Below, piece by piece: positions 12,119-23,891 of a stretch of 64,000 bases of DNA. The notes under the pieces were generated by a model that was given only the letters and a program-made list of their open reading frames with translations, was not told the origin of the DNA and did not search any database. The position numbers and the translations under genes were made by a program. The stretch comes from Albugo candida (Eukaryota): contig JBDOQK010000014.1 in the NCBI GenBank assembly GCA_040437565.1, positions 186,001 through 250,000 of the forward strand, written 5' to 3'. Position 1 is the first letter of the stretch. Every line of letters starts with the position of its first letter.

Positions 12119-13156
12119 TTATACAGCTTGGTTGTCTCGATTTGACGCTATTGTATACTCCATCGTACCTTCCTCTTCGTGTTCGCTATCTGTGTCACTA
12201 GTATAAAAGAATGAGTGTCTCTCATCGATAGGCTCCAGCGTACTTCGTCTTCGTGCACATTTCAGCTCACAAAGCATAGATGGAACGTTGAACTTTACCG
12301 GACCATCACCCTCTCCTGAAATGCAGTCATATCGCATCGCTCGAGTCGTGAGAAATCGAAAAAGAATGGGTTTAAGTGCTGAGATTACTTTGCTACAGAG
12401 CCCATAGGGCTGAGGCATGCAAGTCAACTGTAAGACGTTCATGATAGCAAAATCGTCACAAGATGATACTCGAAGCTGATCCCAGTATATCTTACGGCCG
12501 GTCATCACAGCAAGCCAAGTAAGCAAATAGTTGCGAAAATATTGGGATCGCTTTTTAATTATACGATGATTTTTCGAGTGAAACCAGTTCTTTCGTGGGA
12601 ATCGTTGCTGCAATGGAAAGAGAATGGATTGTAATGCGCTCAAACACCTCACACAGTGATGCTGCAAGTTGAGTTCCGAGCGACTATTCTTTTCATTTGG
12701 CAGTCCAAATAGTGCCCAGATCGTTTGATTCAGCCTGTGAAAGTCCGAGTATCGACGCCGAATGTGCCACGTCTTAGCAGTTTGAATGTCGTCGAAAATA
12801 AGCAAGTATTCGGTCGGATTACCATTCACCAACCCGTGCATTGGCTTTACACGATAAGAATCTTGCGATGGAGAAAACGAAGAAATCATCAGAGTATTCA
12901 TATGCTTAAGCTTGACACAGCTTTCGCTTCTGTGTCGATTCAAGCCTCTTGCTTCTCCATCGTGTTTGTCGATCATCATTCCAGCTCGTTCTTTGCTAGA
13001 TTTGATATCGTCCAGCGACATTCTCCGTCGATTGTTGGAGGAAGCCTCCCGTGCTTCAATCCCTCGAGGATCAAAGGCTGTACTCCTTGTCATATTGTGA
13101 TTGAAACACGAGCGTTGATCGCTTTTGCACTCTCCAGTATCTCGCGACCCCGACAT
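12119..13156 (-). CDS. PX (phox homology) domain protein
   Basis: 345-aa ORF with TEYLLIF...TWHIRRRYSDFHRL...FPRKNWF...IIKKRSQYFRNYL, matching the PX core. Confidence 0.8.
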   Translation of the reverse strand: MSGSRDTGECKSDQRSCFNHNMTRSTAFDPRGIEAREASSNNRRRMSLDDIKSSKERAGMMIDKHDGEARGLNRHRSESCVKLKHMNTLMISSFSPSQDSYRVKPMHGLVNGNPTEYLLIFDDIQTAKTWHIRRRYSDFHRLNQTIWALFGLPNEKNSRSELNLQHHCVRCLSALQSILFPLQQRFPRKNWFHSKNHRIIKKRSQYFRNYLLTWLAVMTGRKIYWDQLRVSSCDDFAIMNVLQLTCMPQPYGLCSKVISALKPILFRFLTTRAMRYDCISGEGDGPVKFNVPSMLCELKCARRRSTLEPIDERHSFFYTSDTDSEHEEEGTMEYTIASNRDNQAV

Positions 13157-13400
13157 TCCTCAATTGTAAGGTTTGAGTGCAGGCAGCAACGCTGAGAATC
13201 TCAGTATGGATGCTCACGCAGTCTGAATGCACATGGGACATTCGATAAACCTTTCTGAACTATCGTAACGACTTGACTCTTGTCTCAACAAACTATTTAA
13301 TTAAATTCACCGTTACAAGCAGAGCCAATTGTTTTTCATTATGAGTTGTTATGCTCGAACGGATAGCCAGCAAGTCGACATCTGGTCATATGGTGGATTA

Positions 13401-15071
13401 TCAACATCCGTTCCCACCTGCAATGATAAGACACGAAGTCGATGGGAAGATGCTCAAGATGTTTGCTACAATCGCCCACAATAATGCAATTATCAGGTAC
13501 AAGAGTGTCAGTATGCCGCATAGTCGGCTAGAGCCCCCAAATCGCTTGAGGTGCTGAGTCTCTTCTTTCTGCTTTGGTAAAAATCTCAGAAAGACCAACG
13601 ACAAAGCACTCATCGTGTACATTAGCAAATACGCTTTCGTTACGTCCATTCGAACTGCACGCGTATCTGTTTTGATGCGTTCATTTGACAAATTCCATTG
13701 TTTGTCAATTAGTTTCGTCAGTGAAGCACCGAACGGCGCTGATAAATTATTCACAGTGGTCATCAATCCATAAATTGCTGCTTCATTTGGTGGTTCTGCT
13801 AGCTCCACACTGACAAAAGCAGATACGATAAAGCTGATGCCTTGAGGCAAACTGAGAACAATAGGAACTCCGAGCCAAAACCACTGATTTCTCACGACGT
13901 TCCATATCGTCAAAAAAGTTGGAATCATATCAAGTCCAATAGACGACAGCACTGAAATGATGATGATATATCGCCAATTCCATTGGAGCCCGTATTTTGA
14001 AGTCATTGAGATGGCAAGTGCGAAAACTAAACTTCCCAAGACTTCAAAAACCTTTTCATTGATCGGCTCCACTTTTGCGTAAATTGACTGGATTGGAGCG
14101 GAAGCCGTGCACGTGATGCTTGAAAACAATCCAGAGAAAAATTGATGACAAATCACTTGATATACGACTCGTCTTTGTATCATCTTCCATAGACTCATTA
14201 TGTACACCCGGAAAGGTGGAGCCACGTGCTTCTCTTCCTGGATCAGAAACCACGTCAATGGGAGTACTGGGCACAACAAGATTGTAACAATTTGCATGAG
14301 TTTCGAAAACCCAATGGAAAAGTCGAATGTGCCGCCATAGTCCTCGCTGTTGAGCCCAAACCCAACCAAAGCCATGCCGATAATTCCAAAAATCGTCCGA
14401 ATGATGTATACAAGTGCTTGACTTTTCCCACGGCGTGCCTCAGGCTCTCTCTGTGCAATTTTTACCATGAGACCATCCGCACATACGTCTGACAGGAGAT
14501 AACCAAATGCACACATCATCATCAATAATACGTACTTGGTGCCTTGAGCGGAAGCATCTCGATTAAAAGTACTGACAATTTTCGGTGTATAGTACTCCGG
14601 TCGAACTCTTCTATACTCAGTCACACTATAGTATGGCTCTTGATTTGGAATTGAGCTGATAATGATCAGTCCCAGTAGGCAAACGATCCATCCGATCAAA
14701 ATATAAGGACGATGACGATAACCCAACAGTGGGAAGCAATCCGATAGCATTCCGTAAAACACTTTGAAAGCCCACGGTAGCTGTATCAATACTCTAGCGG
14801 TCAGAATGGTCGAACCTTCAGCATTTAAATAATTTTGTAAGAATGGATAAATGGTTGCTGGTAAGACGCTATCAATGAATCCAATAGCAGCGTATTGTAT
14901 GAGGAGTCCAAACGATTTTTGATCGAGTATATTACCATCATAGATATGGTACGAGGCTTCTTGCTCTGCCTCACATTGTGGCGTGTCGATTCGATCAGAT
15001 TTACCAACTGCACTGGAAATGCTTGGGGCTGGGCTTTTTGATGTGTTCAAGGACAGATGACTATGCACCAT
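13401..15071 (-). CDS. Folate-biopterin transporter (BT1 family, MFS)
   Basis: Multi-TM ORF with LPWAFKVFYGMLSDCFPLLGYRHRPYILIGW and DVCADGLMV...AQREPEARRGKSQ. First ATG at 15071. Confidence 0.9.
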   Translation of the reverse strand: MVHSHLSLNTSKSPAPSISSAVGKSDRIDTPQCEAEQEASYHIYDGNILDQKSFGLLIQYAAIGFIDSVLPATIYPFLQNYLNAEGSTILTARVLIQLPWAFKVFYGMLSDCFPLLGYRHRPYILIGWIVCLLGLIIISSIPNQEPYYSVTEYRRVRPEYYTPKIVSTFNRDASAQGTKYVLLMMMCAFGYLLSDVCADGLMVKIAQREPEARRGKSQALVYIIRTIFGIIGMALVGFGLNSEDYGGTFDFSIGFSKLMQIVTILLCPVLPLTWFLIQEEKHVAPPFRVYIMSLWKMIQRRVVYQVICHQFFSGLFSSITCTASAPIQSIYAKVEPINEKVFEVLGSLVFALAISMTSKYGLQWNWRYIIIISVLSSIGLDMIPTFLTIWNVVRNQWFWLGVPIVLSLPQGISFIVSAFVSVELAEPPNEAAIYGLMTTVNNLSAPFGASLTKLIDKQWNLSNERIKTDTRAVRMDVTKAYLLMYTMSALSLVFLRFLPKQKEETQHLKRFGGSSRLCGILTLLYLIIALLWAIVANILSIFPSTSCLIIAGGNGC

Positions 15072-15463
15072 TAAGCTATTGAGCAAATATAATTCTTTTG
15101 CAGAGACGCTTTTGATTTCACTGAAGATTGAAATTCAAACCGGAGGGATAACGTACACCTCCATCGTATTCCCATCAATCTTGAAGACGTATTTCCTAGA
15201 AATCATTGACATGATCATCAAAGTAGGACGAAACTCTAGCAAATCATACTCTTGTCAAAGTACATACGTGAGTAGGGTTGAAGAAAGCAAATTATCGGAT
15301 TGGACGCTCCTGCACACTAAATGCCTTCCACCTAAACACGTATACACATCATTATTTACGGTTTATCATATGTTGGAAGAAATGTGCTGACTGGATTTTA
15401 CCAATTGAGGAGCTTGCATGTACTGCCACCTCTGTCTCTATTCCTTACACAAAAAGATAAATC

Positions 15464-16864
15464 ATGTCGAATGTGATAATCGCCGCCGCCATCGCGATAC
15501 TTGCAGCATTCTCGTCGACGTTTGGTGTGAACTTACAGAAACATTCACATAACATTGAAAAAGAACGCGCGCGATTTCGACCGTATCATCGACGTCCATT
15601 ATGGTGGGTAGGAATGTTTTGTGTTGCATTCGCAGCGTTTGGAGACTTTATCGCGTTGGGTTTCGCTTCTCAAACCTTAGTGGTTTCTGTCGGAGGAGGC
15701 GGAACCATATTTGGGAACTGTATCATGTCGAAAATGTGGCTGAAACAGAGCTTATATCTAACCGATATGCTTGGGGTTGCTATGGTGAGCTTGGGCGTTC
15801 TCATGCTAGCGTGTACAAGCCAGGAGGAAGGACACTACAAAATGGAGCAAATATATCAAATGATGGAGGCGATGCCCTTCGTCATATATTGTTTCGTCAC
15901 CACGGTCATCGTAATGACTTTACTTATGCGTGTGGGTCGATCGAAAGCCCCAGCGCTTCGAGCGGTGCAATCCGCAAAAGACAGTTTTACGCCTCTGAAA
16001 ATCCAGTCCTTAGCTCATAGAGAGAAACCGGCTGAGCATCGAGAGCAGCCTGAAGGGTACATTCCCGAGACGGCGACAGTAGAGGACATTGGTGTCCAGC
16101 CGCATACAGCTTACTCGTCACCATTTCCTTCCTCGATCTACGACACTCAGCTTCGTTTATCTCCGCGAAGTAGCTGCTTACTAGATGATGCTGAAGCTCA
16201 AAATATATTTCACGATGATTCTAAAGAAACAAGTAGAATGGAGGCTTGTGTGGAGAAACAAAGCATGATTATCGATCCCAAACTACCCTTGTACTGGGCA
16301 GCACTTTCGGGGACACTAGGTGCTCAGTCTGTGCTCTTGGCCAAATCGGTAGCAGAGATGATTTTCTCGTCCATCAATGGGGACAACCAATTTCATTATT
16401 TTGGGACGTATGGTCTAATTGGAGGGATGCTGGTCATGGTTCTCGCACAAACGCACACACTCAATCTAGCTACAATGACTGGAGATACGATGTCTTCGTA
16501 CCCGGTATATCAGGCCTTCTGGATAACAATGTCCAACATCAGTGGAGTCGTTTTTTTCCAGCAAGCTCATCGTTTTAGTAGACTTCAATTGGTGATGTTT
16601 CCATGCGCGATTTTGCTTGTTCTCGCAGGTATTTTTTTGATTTCCAAGCACGAGAGCTTTGGGAATCGAGTCAAGTACTCCGTCGCGATGCCAATCAGCT
16701 TGGGTAGCCCCAGTCAGCAAAATCTCGTGGCACAATCCTTTATATTTCGTATCATGACACCACAAGGTTGTGTAGACAAACCTATGGAGTGGCAGTCCGG
16801 ATTTGCCGTTCATCATATCCAGCCATCCGATGTTGAAATTCCTGTTTGTCTTGGTCATCAATAG
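15464..16864 (+). CDS. NIPA-like magnesium transporter (DMT superfamily)
   Basis: 466-aa ORF with FGVNLQK, YHRRPLWWVGM, GDFIALGFASQTLV, GAQSVLLAKS, YPVYQAFW and ~9 TM segments. Confidence 0.88.
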   Translation: MSNVIIAAAIAILAAFSSTFGVNLQKHSHNIEKERARFRPYHRRPLWWVGMFCVAFAAFGDFIALGFASQTLVVSVGGGGTIFGNCIMSKMWLKQSLYLTDMLGVAMVSLGVLMLACTSQEEGHYKMEQIYQMMEAMPFVIYCFVTTVIVMTLLMRVGRSKAPALRAVQSAKDSFTPLKIQSLAHREKPAEHREQPEGYIPETATVEDIGVQPHTAYSSPFPSSIYDTQLRLSPRSSCLLDDAEAQNIFHDDSKETSRMEACVEKQSMIIDPKLPLYWAALSGTLGAQSVLLAKSVAEMIFSSINGDNQFHYFGTYGLIGGMLVMVLAQTHTLNLATMTGDTMSSYPVYQAFWITMSNISGVVFFQQAHRFSRLQLVMFPCAILLVLAGIFLISKHESFGNRVKYSVAMPISLGSPSQQNLVAQSFIFRIMTPQGCVDKPMEWQSGFAVHHIQPSDVEIPVCLGHQ

Positions 16865-16910
16865 CTTATTGTTCGTATCAAATCCATCCAATACGATACA
16901 AGCAATTATT

Positions 16911-19900
16911 TTATCTTGCTCTTCGCTTCTTCCGCTGGCTACTCGAATGATCGCTTGGATGCTTACTTTTTTTGGAGCCGGATGAATTTCGTGATTTGGT
17001 CTTCGAGGAAGATGAAGCAGGGGCAGCTTTCTTTTTAAGCGTATGCTCGTCTCGCTCATGTTTGAGTCTCAACTCTTCATTTTCCTTCTCGATCAATCGC
17101 GTGAGAAATTCCCCACGTTTTTGCAATTCTCCGATCGCCCGCGATTTGATAAACCAATTAAATCGAAACTGCCAAGCAACACGAATTTCGTCGCGAATCT
17201 CACTCCAGTGCTCCAGAGGTGCATACTTGTTCATCATAACGACTAGGAAAACGTCCTCTTCCATTGTGAAACCTTTCGACACATAGCCACTTGGATACGT
17301 GAGCTTCATGTCACGTAGAGGATCACTGTATCGACTGCACTTCCGCGCAAGTGATTCTTTGACGATTTGAATCCGAGCTAGCCGCTTCTCTCCACGTTCA
17401 ATTTTGTCGATATATTTTTGGTGGTCTTTGAGCTCAGCGTAGCGAACCCAGAAAGTGTCATAATATCGTTCCACATACCCAACTAGTTTTCCAGTTTGAT
17501 TCGCTACGTCACGACAAATTTGCTCTCGTAGATCTCGACCGTACCGCTCACAGGCACTGATGAATACTTTGAAGTCCCGTCGAGTCCATTCGCCAAAACC
17601 CTCTTCCTCAAGTTGCTCGATTGCTTCTGATTGTTCAGCACTAAGCCCAATGAGTTGTAATTCTTGTTCCAGACGTACAGAAGGAAGTATCTCGCTATCA
17701 CCAGGCGGTCGCTCATCTGTGACGTCGATGCGATCTTCTGGAGTCTCCTTCACTTCTTCGGCCTTTGCCTCCTTGATCTGCTTCATGAGCTCCTTTCGCT
17801 GCAATTCGATCTGATGCTTCTGCGCGTATAAACTGGACAGCTTTTCCTGCTGGAAAAATTGATAATCATGCATTGCTGGGATCTTCAAGTGAGTGTCGGT
17901 AGACTTTTTAGGCTTCTTCACCTTCGTGGCACCCCCAGCAGTTTCTCCGTAAAGCTCCGAGTCCGTGTATATAGTCTTCCTTTCTCGTTGAGGGAGAGCA
18001 ATAAACGTTGACGGTAGAATGCTTCCATTCGACGTATTCACATCCTTGGCGAAATTCGCTCCTTCAAATTCATACAATCCGGAGACGCTACCATTGGAGC
18101 TTTCAGTTGCGAGTAATGAGAAGTTTGCGAGTGAGTGTTGCATATCAGCCGCTACTTTGGACTTCATCGCTTCCGTTCGTTCTTCACCTTTCGCAAGGAT
18201 AGCATCGATATCGTCATCTGTAATCATCGATCCTCTGGCGTTAAAGATCTCATCAGCGCCAAATCGGACCATTGTCATCAGCTCGTCTTTAGAGAGCTTT
18301 CTGTTTTGTTGAGCAAGACGGCCTTGCTGAATGATCGCAGCGTCTAGGTACAGCTTCCGTTCCGCTCGCTCAACGATTTTTTCCTCCACTGTTCCGTCCG
18401 ATATGAAACGAAAGACGCGTACTGTTTTTGTTTGACCGATACGATGAGCTCTGTCCATTGCTTGGAGATCGACTTGCGGGTTCCAATCAGAATCATACAG
18501 AATGACAATGTCAGCGGTAGCCAGATTGATTCCGAGACCACCGGCCCGAGTACTCAACAGAAAGCAGAATCTGGTTGAGCCAGGTGCGTTGAATTCCTCC
18601 ATCATCAAATCTCGCTCTTCACCTTTTGTTTGGCCGTCCAGTCGACAATATTCGTGGTTGAAATAACGCATGTAATCTTCCAAAATGTCCATCATCGATG
18701 TCATCTGACAGAAAATGAGCGCCCGCGATCCCTGCGCTTTTAATTTCGGAAGCAAACGATGAAGTAAAGTCAGCTTTCCGCAGTTTTCCCACAAGTGTGG
18801 GCCTTCAAGGTACGGTGGGCCAGGCTCAGCTCCTTCGAAAAGGTACGGATGGTTGCACACTTTTCGTAATTGCATCAGGATGTTTAAAAGACGAACTCGA
18901 TCGCTTCCTCCAATCGCATTCAAATGAGCTGCATCACGATGGAGAACTCGCATGTACCATTCCCTCTGCATTTCGGACAGGCCCACATACAGCTTCGTCT
19001 CAATTTTTGGTGGAAGCTGGACCTCGACATCGGCTTTCAGCCTTCGCAGTAGAAATGGACGTAGAATTGTGTGTAATTTCTTGATCACATTTTCTTCTCC
19101 ATGTTTTTCATCCACATTGAACCATGCGTCAAAATCTTCTGCCGCAGTGAAAATATCCGGGAGAAGAAAGTTTAACAAGGCCCATAACTCGTGGAGATTG
19201 TTCTGTAATGGAGTACCAGTGATCAAAAGACGATGTTGTACTTTGAATTCTCGAACGACTCGAGATAATTTCGAATGTTCATTCTTGACACGATGTGCTT
19301 CATCAATGAGAAGATATTTCCAAAGGATTTTCTGCAAGATGGGACGCTCGATGATAGCGACTTCATACGAAAGGACCAGAACGTCAAACTTCAGCTTCAC
19401 GACAGCGGGTCGCAATTCGGCGCGTTCTTCTTTGCTCCCCATGAATTTGAAGGCATTTATGGATGGGCACCATCGACTCAATTCACGCATCCAGTTGCCC
19501 ACGGTCGATTTCGGAACGATTATAAGATGAGGTCCGGTCATACCACGTTCCTCGCGTAAGTATGCCAACAGAGAAATTGATTGAAGAGTTTTGCCAAGTC
19601 CCATCTCATCAGCCAATATCCCATTTACTCCTGAGTCATGTAGTCGTACCATCCAATTGAGACCTTCCACTTGGTATGGTTTCATCGTACCAAACTCGAT
19701 ACTTTTTGGCTGATGCATTATACGTGTAACGCGAGTATGCCCACTGTCCAAATCAATCATTTCGTGGGCTTTTCTTGAGTCTCTTTTACAATCATCATCT
19801 CCCGCGCGTCGACTTGAGCCTCCCGATTTCGATCTCGAAAACATCTCTTTACCAATTGCGGTAGATCCACCCATAAGAAATTGAGTGAACACTTCTGACT

Positions 19901-20249
19901 GAGCCATTAAAAATGTCATACGGCGTTCCGACTTGGATTTTGAGCTTAATGAGGGATCTTCAGCGAGTGACTCTTTTACTTCTTCAAGTGATTTAATTTG
20001 TTGACCGCGCTGTTCTTCATACAGCTTTTCATCTTCCTTGAGTAAGTCTTCTTGCTCCTTCTTCGATAGACACGGTACGCTTTGTTTGTTCTGTTGTGTT
20101 GGAACAGGAGCATTTTCAAAAGGAACTGCAGCACATTCAGAATAGGATGCATGTGCATTGCCATGCACTGGTCTAGTTGCGTCACTATTGTGTTTTTTGT
20201 CGTGTTCTGCATGAACGGGCAAAGGAGAGTCATCCATATCGTTCGCCAT
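16911..20249 (-). CDS. ISWI: ISWI-family chromatin-remodelling ATPase (SNF2H/SMARCA5-like)
   Basis: 1112-aa intronless ORF: NGILADEMGLGKT, DEAH, LLITGTPLQNNL, QAMDRAHRIGQ, then a HAND-SANT-SLIDE region (DYQFF, EGFGEWTRRDF, FRFNWFIKSR). Confidence 0.97.
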   Translation of the reverse strand: MANDMDDSPLPVHAEHDKKHNSDATRPVHGNAHASYSECAAVPFENAPVPTQQNKQSVPCLSKKEQEDLLKEDEKLYEEQRGQQIKSLEEVKESLAEDPSLSSKSKSERRMTFLMAQSEVFTQFLMGGSTAIGKEMFSRSKSGGSSRRAGDDDCKRDSRKAHEMIDLDSGHTRVTRIMHQPKSIEFGTMKPYQVEGLNWMVRLHDSGVNGILADEMGLGKTLQSISLLAYLREERGMTGPHLIIVPKSTVGNWMRELSRWCPSINAFKFMGSKEERAELRPAVVKLKFDVLVLSYEVAIIERPILQKILWKYLLIDEAHRVKNEHSKLSRVVREFKVQHRLLITGTPLQNNLHELWALLNFLLPDIFTAAEDFDAWFNVDEKHGEENVIKKLHTILRPFLLRRLKADVEVQLPPKIETKLYVGLSEMQREWYMRVLHRDAAHLNAIGGSDRVRLLNILMQLRKVCNHPYLFEGAEPGPPYLEGPHLWENCGKLTLLHRLLPKLKAQGSRALIFCQMTSMMDILEDYMRYFNHEYCRLDGQTKGEERDLMMEEFNAPGSTRFCFLLSTRAGGLGINLATADIVILYDSDWNPQVDLQAMDRAHRIGQTKTVRVFRFISDGTVEEKIVERAERKLYLDAAIIQQGRLAQQNRKLSKDELMTMVRFGADEIFNARGSMITDDDIDAILAKGEERTEAMKSKVAADMQHSLANFSLLATESSNGSVSGLYEFEGANFAKDVNTSNGSILPSTFIALPQRERKTIYTDSELYGETAGGATKVKKPKKSTDTHLKIPAMHDYQFFQQEKLSSLYAQKHQIELQRKELMKQIKEAKAEEVKETPEDRIDVTDERPPGDSEILPSVRLEQELQLIGLSAEQSEAIEQLEEEGFGEWTRRDFKVFISACERYGRDLREQICRDVANQTGKLVGYVERYYDTFWVRYAELKDHQKYIDKIERGEKRLARIQIVKESLARKCSRYSDPLRDMKLTYPSGYVSKGFTMEEDVFLVVMMNKYAPLEHWSEIRDEIRVAWQFRFNWFIKSRAIGELQKRGEFLTRLIEKENEELRLKHERDEHTLKKKAAPASSSSKTKSRNSSGSKKSKHPSDHSSSQRKKRRAR

Positions 20250-20365
20250 TCACGAATTCACGGGGAGCGGTATGATAATACCGATTGGAGACGGTATTGA
20301 GACAATAAGAGTAAAAATCAGATTTTTATATTAAGTACGAAGTGCTAAAATCTCACAATCTGACT

Positions 20366-21530
20366 TCAGGCAAGAAGCACTTGGTCAATAAGAGCATCGA
20401 AAAGCGCTTCGTTTTCAAGCTTTTCGATACAAATTGGTGTCATAACAACATTATTGCTGGGTGGGTACAAATCAATGTCAAATCCACTTTGTACAGACCA
20501 GTTCCATAATGCATTCGTGGTATTTACGAGGCAGAGAGGACCGAGCGGTGATGCGGAAAAAACTTGGGATTGAGATTTACTGGATGGCTTACGAGATCCA
20601 CGTTTATTTTTGTGTTTACCTCCAAGTCTCTTGATCTGTCTTGCGCGTTCTTTCATCAGTTTCATTTCTCTCTCACCGATATCTTCTTCCACTTGNNNNN
20701 NNNNNNNNNNNNNNNNNNNNNNNNNNNNNNNNNNNNNNNNNNNNNNNNNNNNNNNNNNNNNNNNNNNNNNNNNNNNNNNNNNNNNNNNNNNNNNNAGCTT
20801 TTCGATACAAATTGGTGTCATAACAACATTATTGCTGGGTGGGTACAAATCAATGTCAAATCCACTTTGTACAGACCAGTTCCATAATGCATTCGTGGTA
20901 TTTACGAGGCAGAGAGGACCGAGCGGTGATGCGGAAAAAACTTGGGATTGAGATTTACTGGATGGCTTACGAGATCCACGTTTATTTTTGTGTTTACCTC
21001 CAAGTCTCTTGATCTGTCTTGCGCGTTCTTTCATCAGTTTCATTTCTCTCTCACCGATATCTTCTTCCACTTGGATATCGTCTGCAATGGATTCCGTCTC
21101 TGCATGACCATCAATCGGCTTTTTCAATTGATAATTCTCCTCTTCGTCCGAGTATTCACATGTCGAAGCATTGGAGCTGTAATCCATCAAGGATTTGATA
21201 AGATCGGGAGCACCCCTCGCTCTCACCTCTTTCCAATTCAAGGTCTCAATTTTTTCTTCGCTCAATGTGGCTCTCTTTTCCCAGCGCTGATAGTCTGGAC
21301 AACAGTACGCAACGTTCAATGGGGTCTCATCAGTATCAGGTGATACACATTTCCTCTGGTCGCTAAGAGTGAACAACCATTCCTGGCCAAGAAATGTTGT
21401 CAGTACATTCCGGAATAACGCAAACATGACCAAAGTCGTTATCCCCAAAATGTCTTGTCTCTGTGGAACAGCTTGGATTGAGAAATAAGTATACTCTGCA
21501 GGTGTATGGCCATGGATTGCGTAAAAGCTA
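20366..21530 (-). CDS. Hypothetical protein, probably multi-exon with upstream exons
   Basis: Long open frame with acidic and K/R-rich stretches. No ATG at the frame start; a candidate acceptor AG lies near 21530. The internal duplication across the gap at 20696-20795 is an assembly overlap. Confidence 0.55.
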
Positions 21531-21975
21531 TCTCAGTTAGCGCCATCCGATTGGTAAAGGACGAATATAGAGCGCTCTAGCTAACCCTTGCTAGCAAATG
21601 ATTTCCGCTCATATGTATTTATTGGAGGCTAGTACTTTACGTAGGCAAAAAAAGCAGACTTAGAGAGCATTACGGCGATTTGTAGGTGTTGTCTTTCTTC
21701 GTTTTCTCAATATAAAACCTTAGCGAACAGGTGGAAGAAGTACGCGCTTGCGATTTTAAAGAGAAATGCGATTATTTTGTGTACATAGAGCAATTGGGTT
21801 CTGAATGTACCAGATCAGGGTGCACAACGATAATATGCACAGTGCTTAGGGTGTAATTTATCGAGGGACATAAAACATATTGATGTGAAAGAAGACCTTC
21901 AGAAGCTCTCGCACACGATACCGGATCCTAATTTAGCATATAAACTATACATCAAGATAAGGACCAACCATTCTC

Positions 21976-23891
21976 ATGTCGCTAACTGATGAAGCTCCAA
22001 GGTGCGTCATTCGAGTAGTTGACTCAAAAAAAGTGATCTGTTGACGTATTGTATTTGATATAGGGTACTACGACCACGTCGGTTAGAACCAGATACGCTC
22101 GCGTATCTAAAAGAAGTGACAGAAAGTCTTGTGGTGAATGATTCTAGCCGTGAGAACGAGATTGAGCAAGATGGTATCAGCGCTATGATATGGAACGTTC
22201 TGGATGAAATAACACCTCGAATAGCAAGTGCTTCTTCGGATCGTCATGCTTGTTCGCATATAGAGCGCTTAATCGATAAAATGAATGCAGTACAAATCCG
22301 CTTCTTTCTGTCGCAAATGACCAGTTATTTCTCGCATCTGTGGACAAATCGATACTCTTCTCACGTCTTACAACATATCCTCGCAAAAGCTTCATCCATT
22401 GTCAATGATGAAGTGCAGATAGGCTTGTTAGAAAGTTTGGAGAATGACGAAAGTGTTCCCGAATTTGCAAAAAAATGCCCTTCCATGGTCAGTATAATCG
22501 AAAGTATGGTAGATGAGGTGAAGACAGAATGGGTTTCATTGATGAGTGATATTAGTGCTACGCATGTGCTGCGGTCTGTATTACATGTGCTTGCTGGAAA
22601 GCCATTCAGAGTCCAAAAAAGAGGTAAACGTGCCAAACACGCGAATACTGTATATGGAGTCGACACTGAAAAAGACGTCAAGGGCGAGACTTTACAAGTG
22701 CCAAAGTCATTCGCGGACACTTTTCGAGATATTTTGATGGCAGTAGTGAGCTTGGAAGTGTCTACTATACAGGAAGTGATATATGACACGAACGCTGGTC
22801 CATTAATCACGACTCTGATGCAATTGTCACGCCCAAAAGCTCGTCAGACTCTTTTGAACCGCATTTTTTGTTGGTCCGACGAAGAAGATGCAGCAGGATT
22901 GGATACACGCAAGATTTTCTTCGATTATGCTGGAGATGCAGTTGCGAGCCACTTTCTGGAAGCAGTATTTTCATGCTTGAGCGCGAGTTTTTTCGACAAG
23001 TTATACAACAAATGCTTGGATGGGAATTTAGTCGAATACTCGGAACACGCGATATCCAATTTCGTCGTCCAACATGCGCTGGCGGTAGTATCTGATACCT
23101 CAATCGCTGAAAAGATAACAAAGGAACTTCTACCGGTAATTTCTGAGCTGATGTCGATGGGCCGTTACGGGGTCATTTGGCGTTTGACAGAGCTATGCGG
23201 TCGAATAAAATGTGGGCAAGAAGCAGTGCTCGAAGCTGTCAAAAGTGCCCTTGAAAAACGTCAAGCTAATAAACCAGAAGCGGTACAAAAAGACTGGGTC
23301 TCAGCATTATTATCAGTAGAATTACAATCGTCCAATGCGAAAGCCTACAAAGTGTCAATGAATGTAATGGGTGCCAAAATATTCCATGAATTTTACAAGT
23401 TTGAAGGTGTCAAAGCGACAAAGGCGATGGTCAAGACACTGTTCCAGGCATACAATCCAGCACAATTAGCAGCATTAGCGTGTGACACGACAGGGAGTCG
23501 CTACATCATCGAGCCAATATGGGAGTCAAAGGTACCAGAGCGAGCGTGGGCTGTACACGCACTATTCGAAAAGCTAAAGGGTAAATTTGGTACCCTTGCA
23601 GCCGATCGACTGGGTGTCTTTACTGTTATGAAATGTTACGAGGCGTTGTCTGATGTCAACGAGAAAGAACTTGTGGTGAAGGAATTGGTGCATAATGAAA
23701 CAAAGTTACTTGGCTCCCATTTCGCACAATACGCACTCAATTTATGTCGGACGTATGAATACAAAAAAAATGTCAATGAATGGAAAGCACACTTCACCAA
23801 GCAAAAGAAAATTTCAGAGCAATTTGAGAGCGTCTTGGCCGACGAACCTTTACCAACACCAAAAAGGAAACGAACGAAGAAGTGCACTTGA
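21976..23891 (+). CDS. NOP9: Nucleolar protein 9 (Pumilio-repeat 18S rRNA biogenesis factor)
   Basis: Exon 1 MSLTDEAPR, intron 22002-22063, then in-frame exon LEPDTLAYLKEV... with PUF-type signatures RYSSHVLQ, ATHVLRSVL, ASHFLE, SNFVVQ and a basic C-terminus. Confidence 0.85.

Noticed and set aside
18952..19530. 192-aa plus-strand ORF
   Set aside because: Lies wholly antisense to the conserved ISWI ATPase domain.
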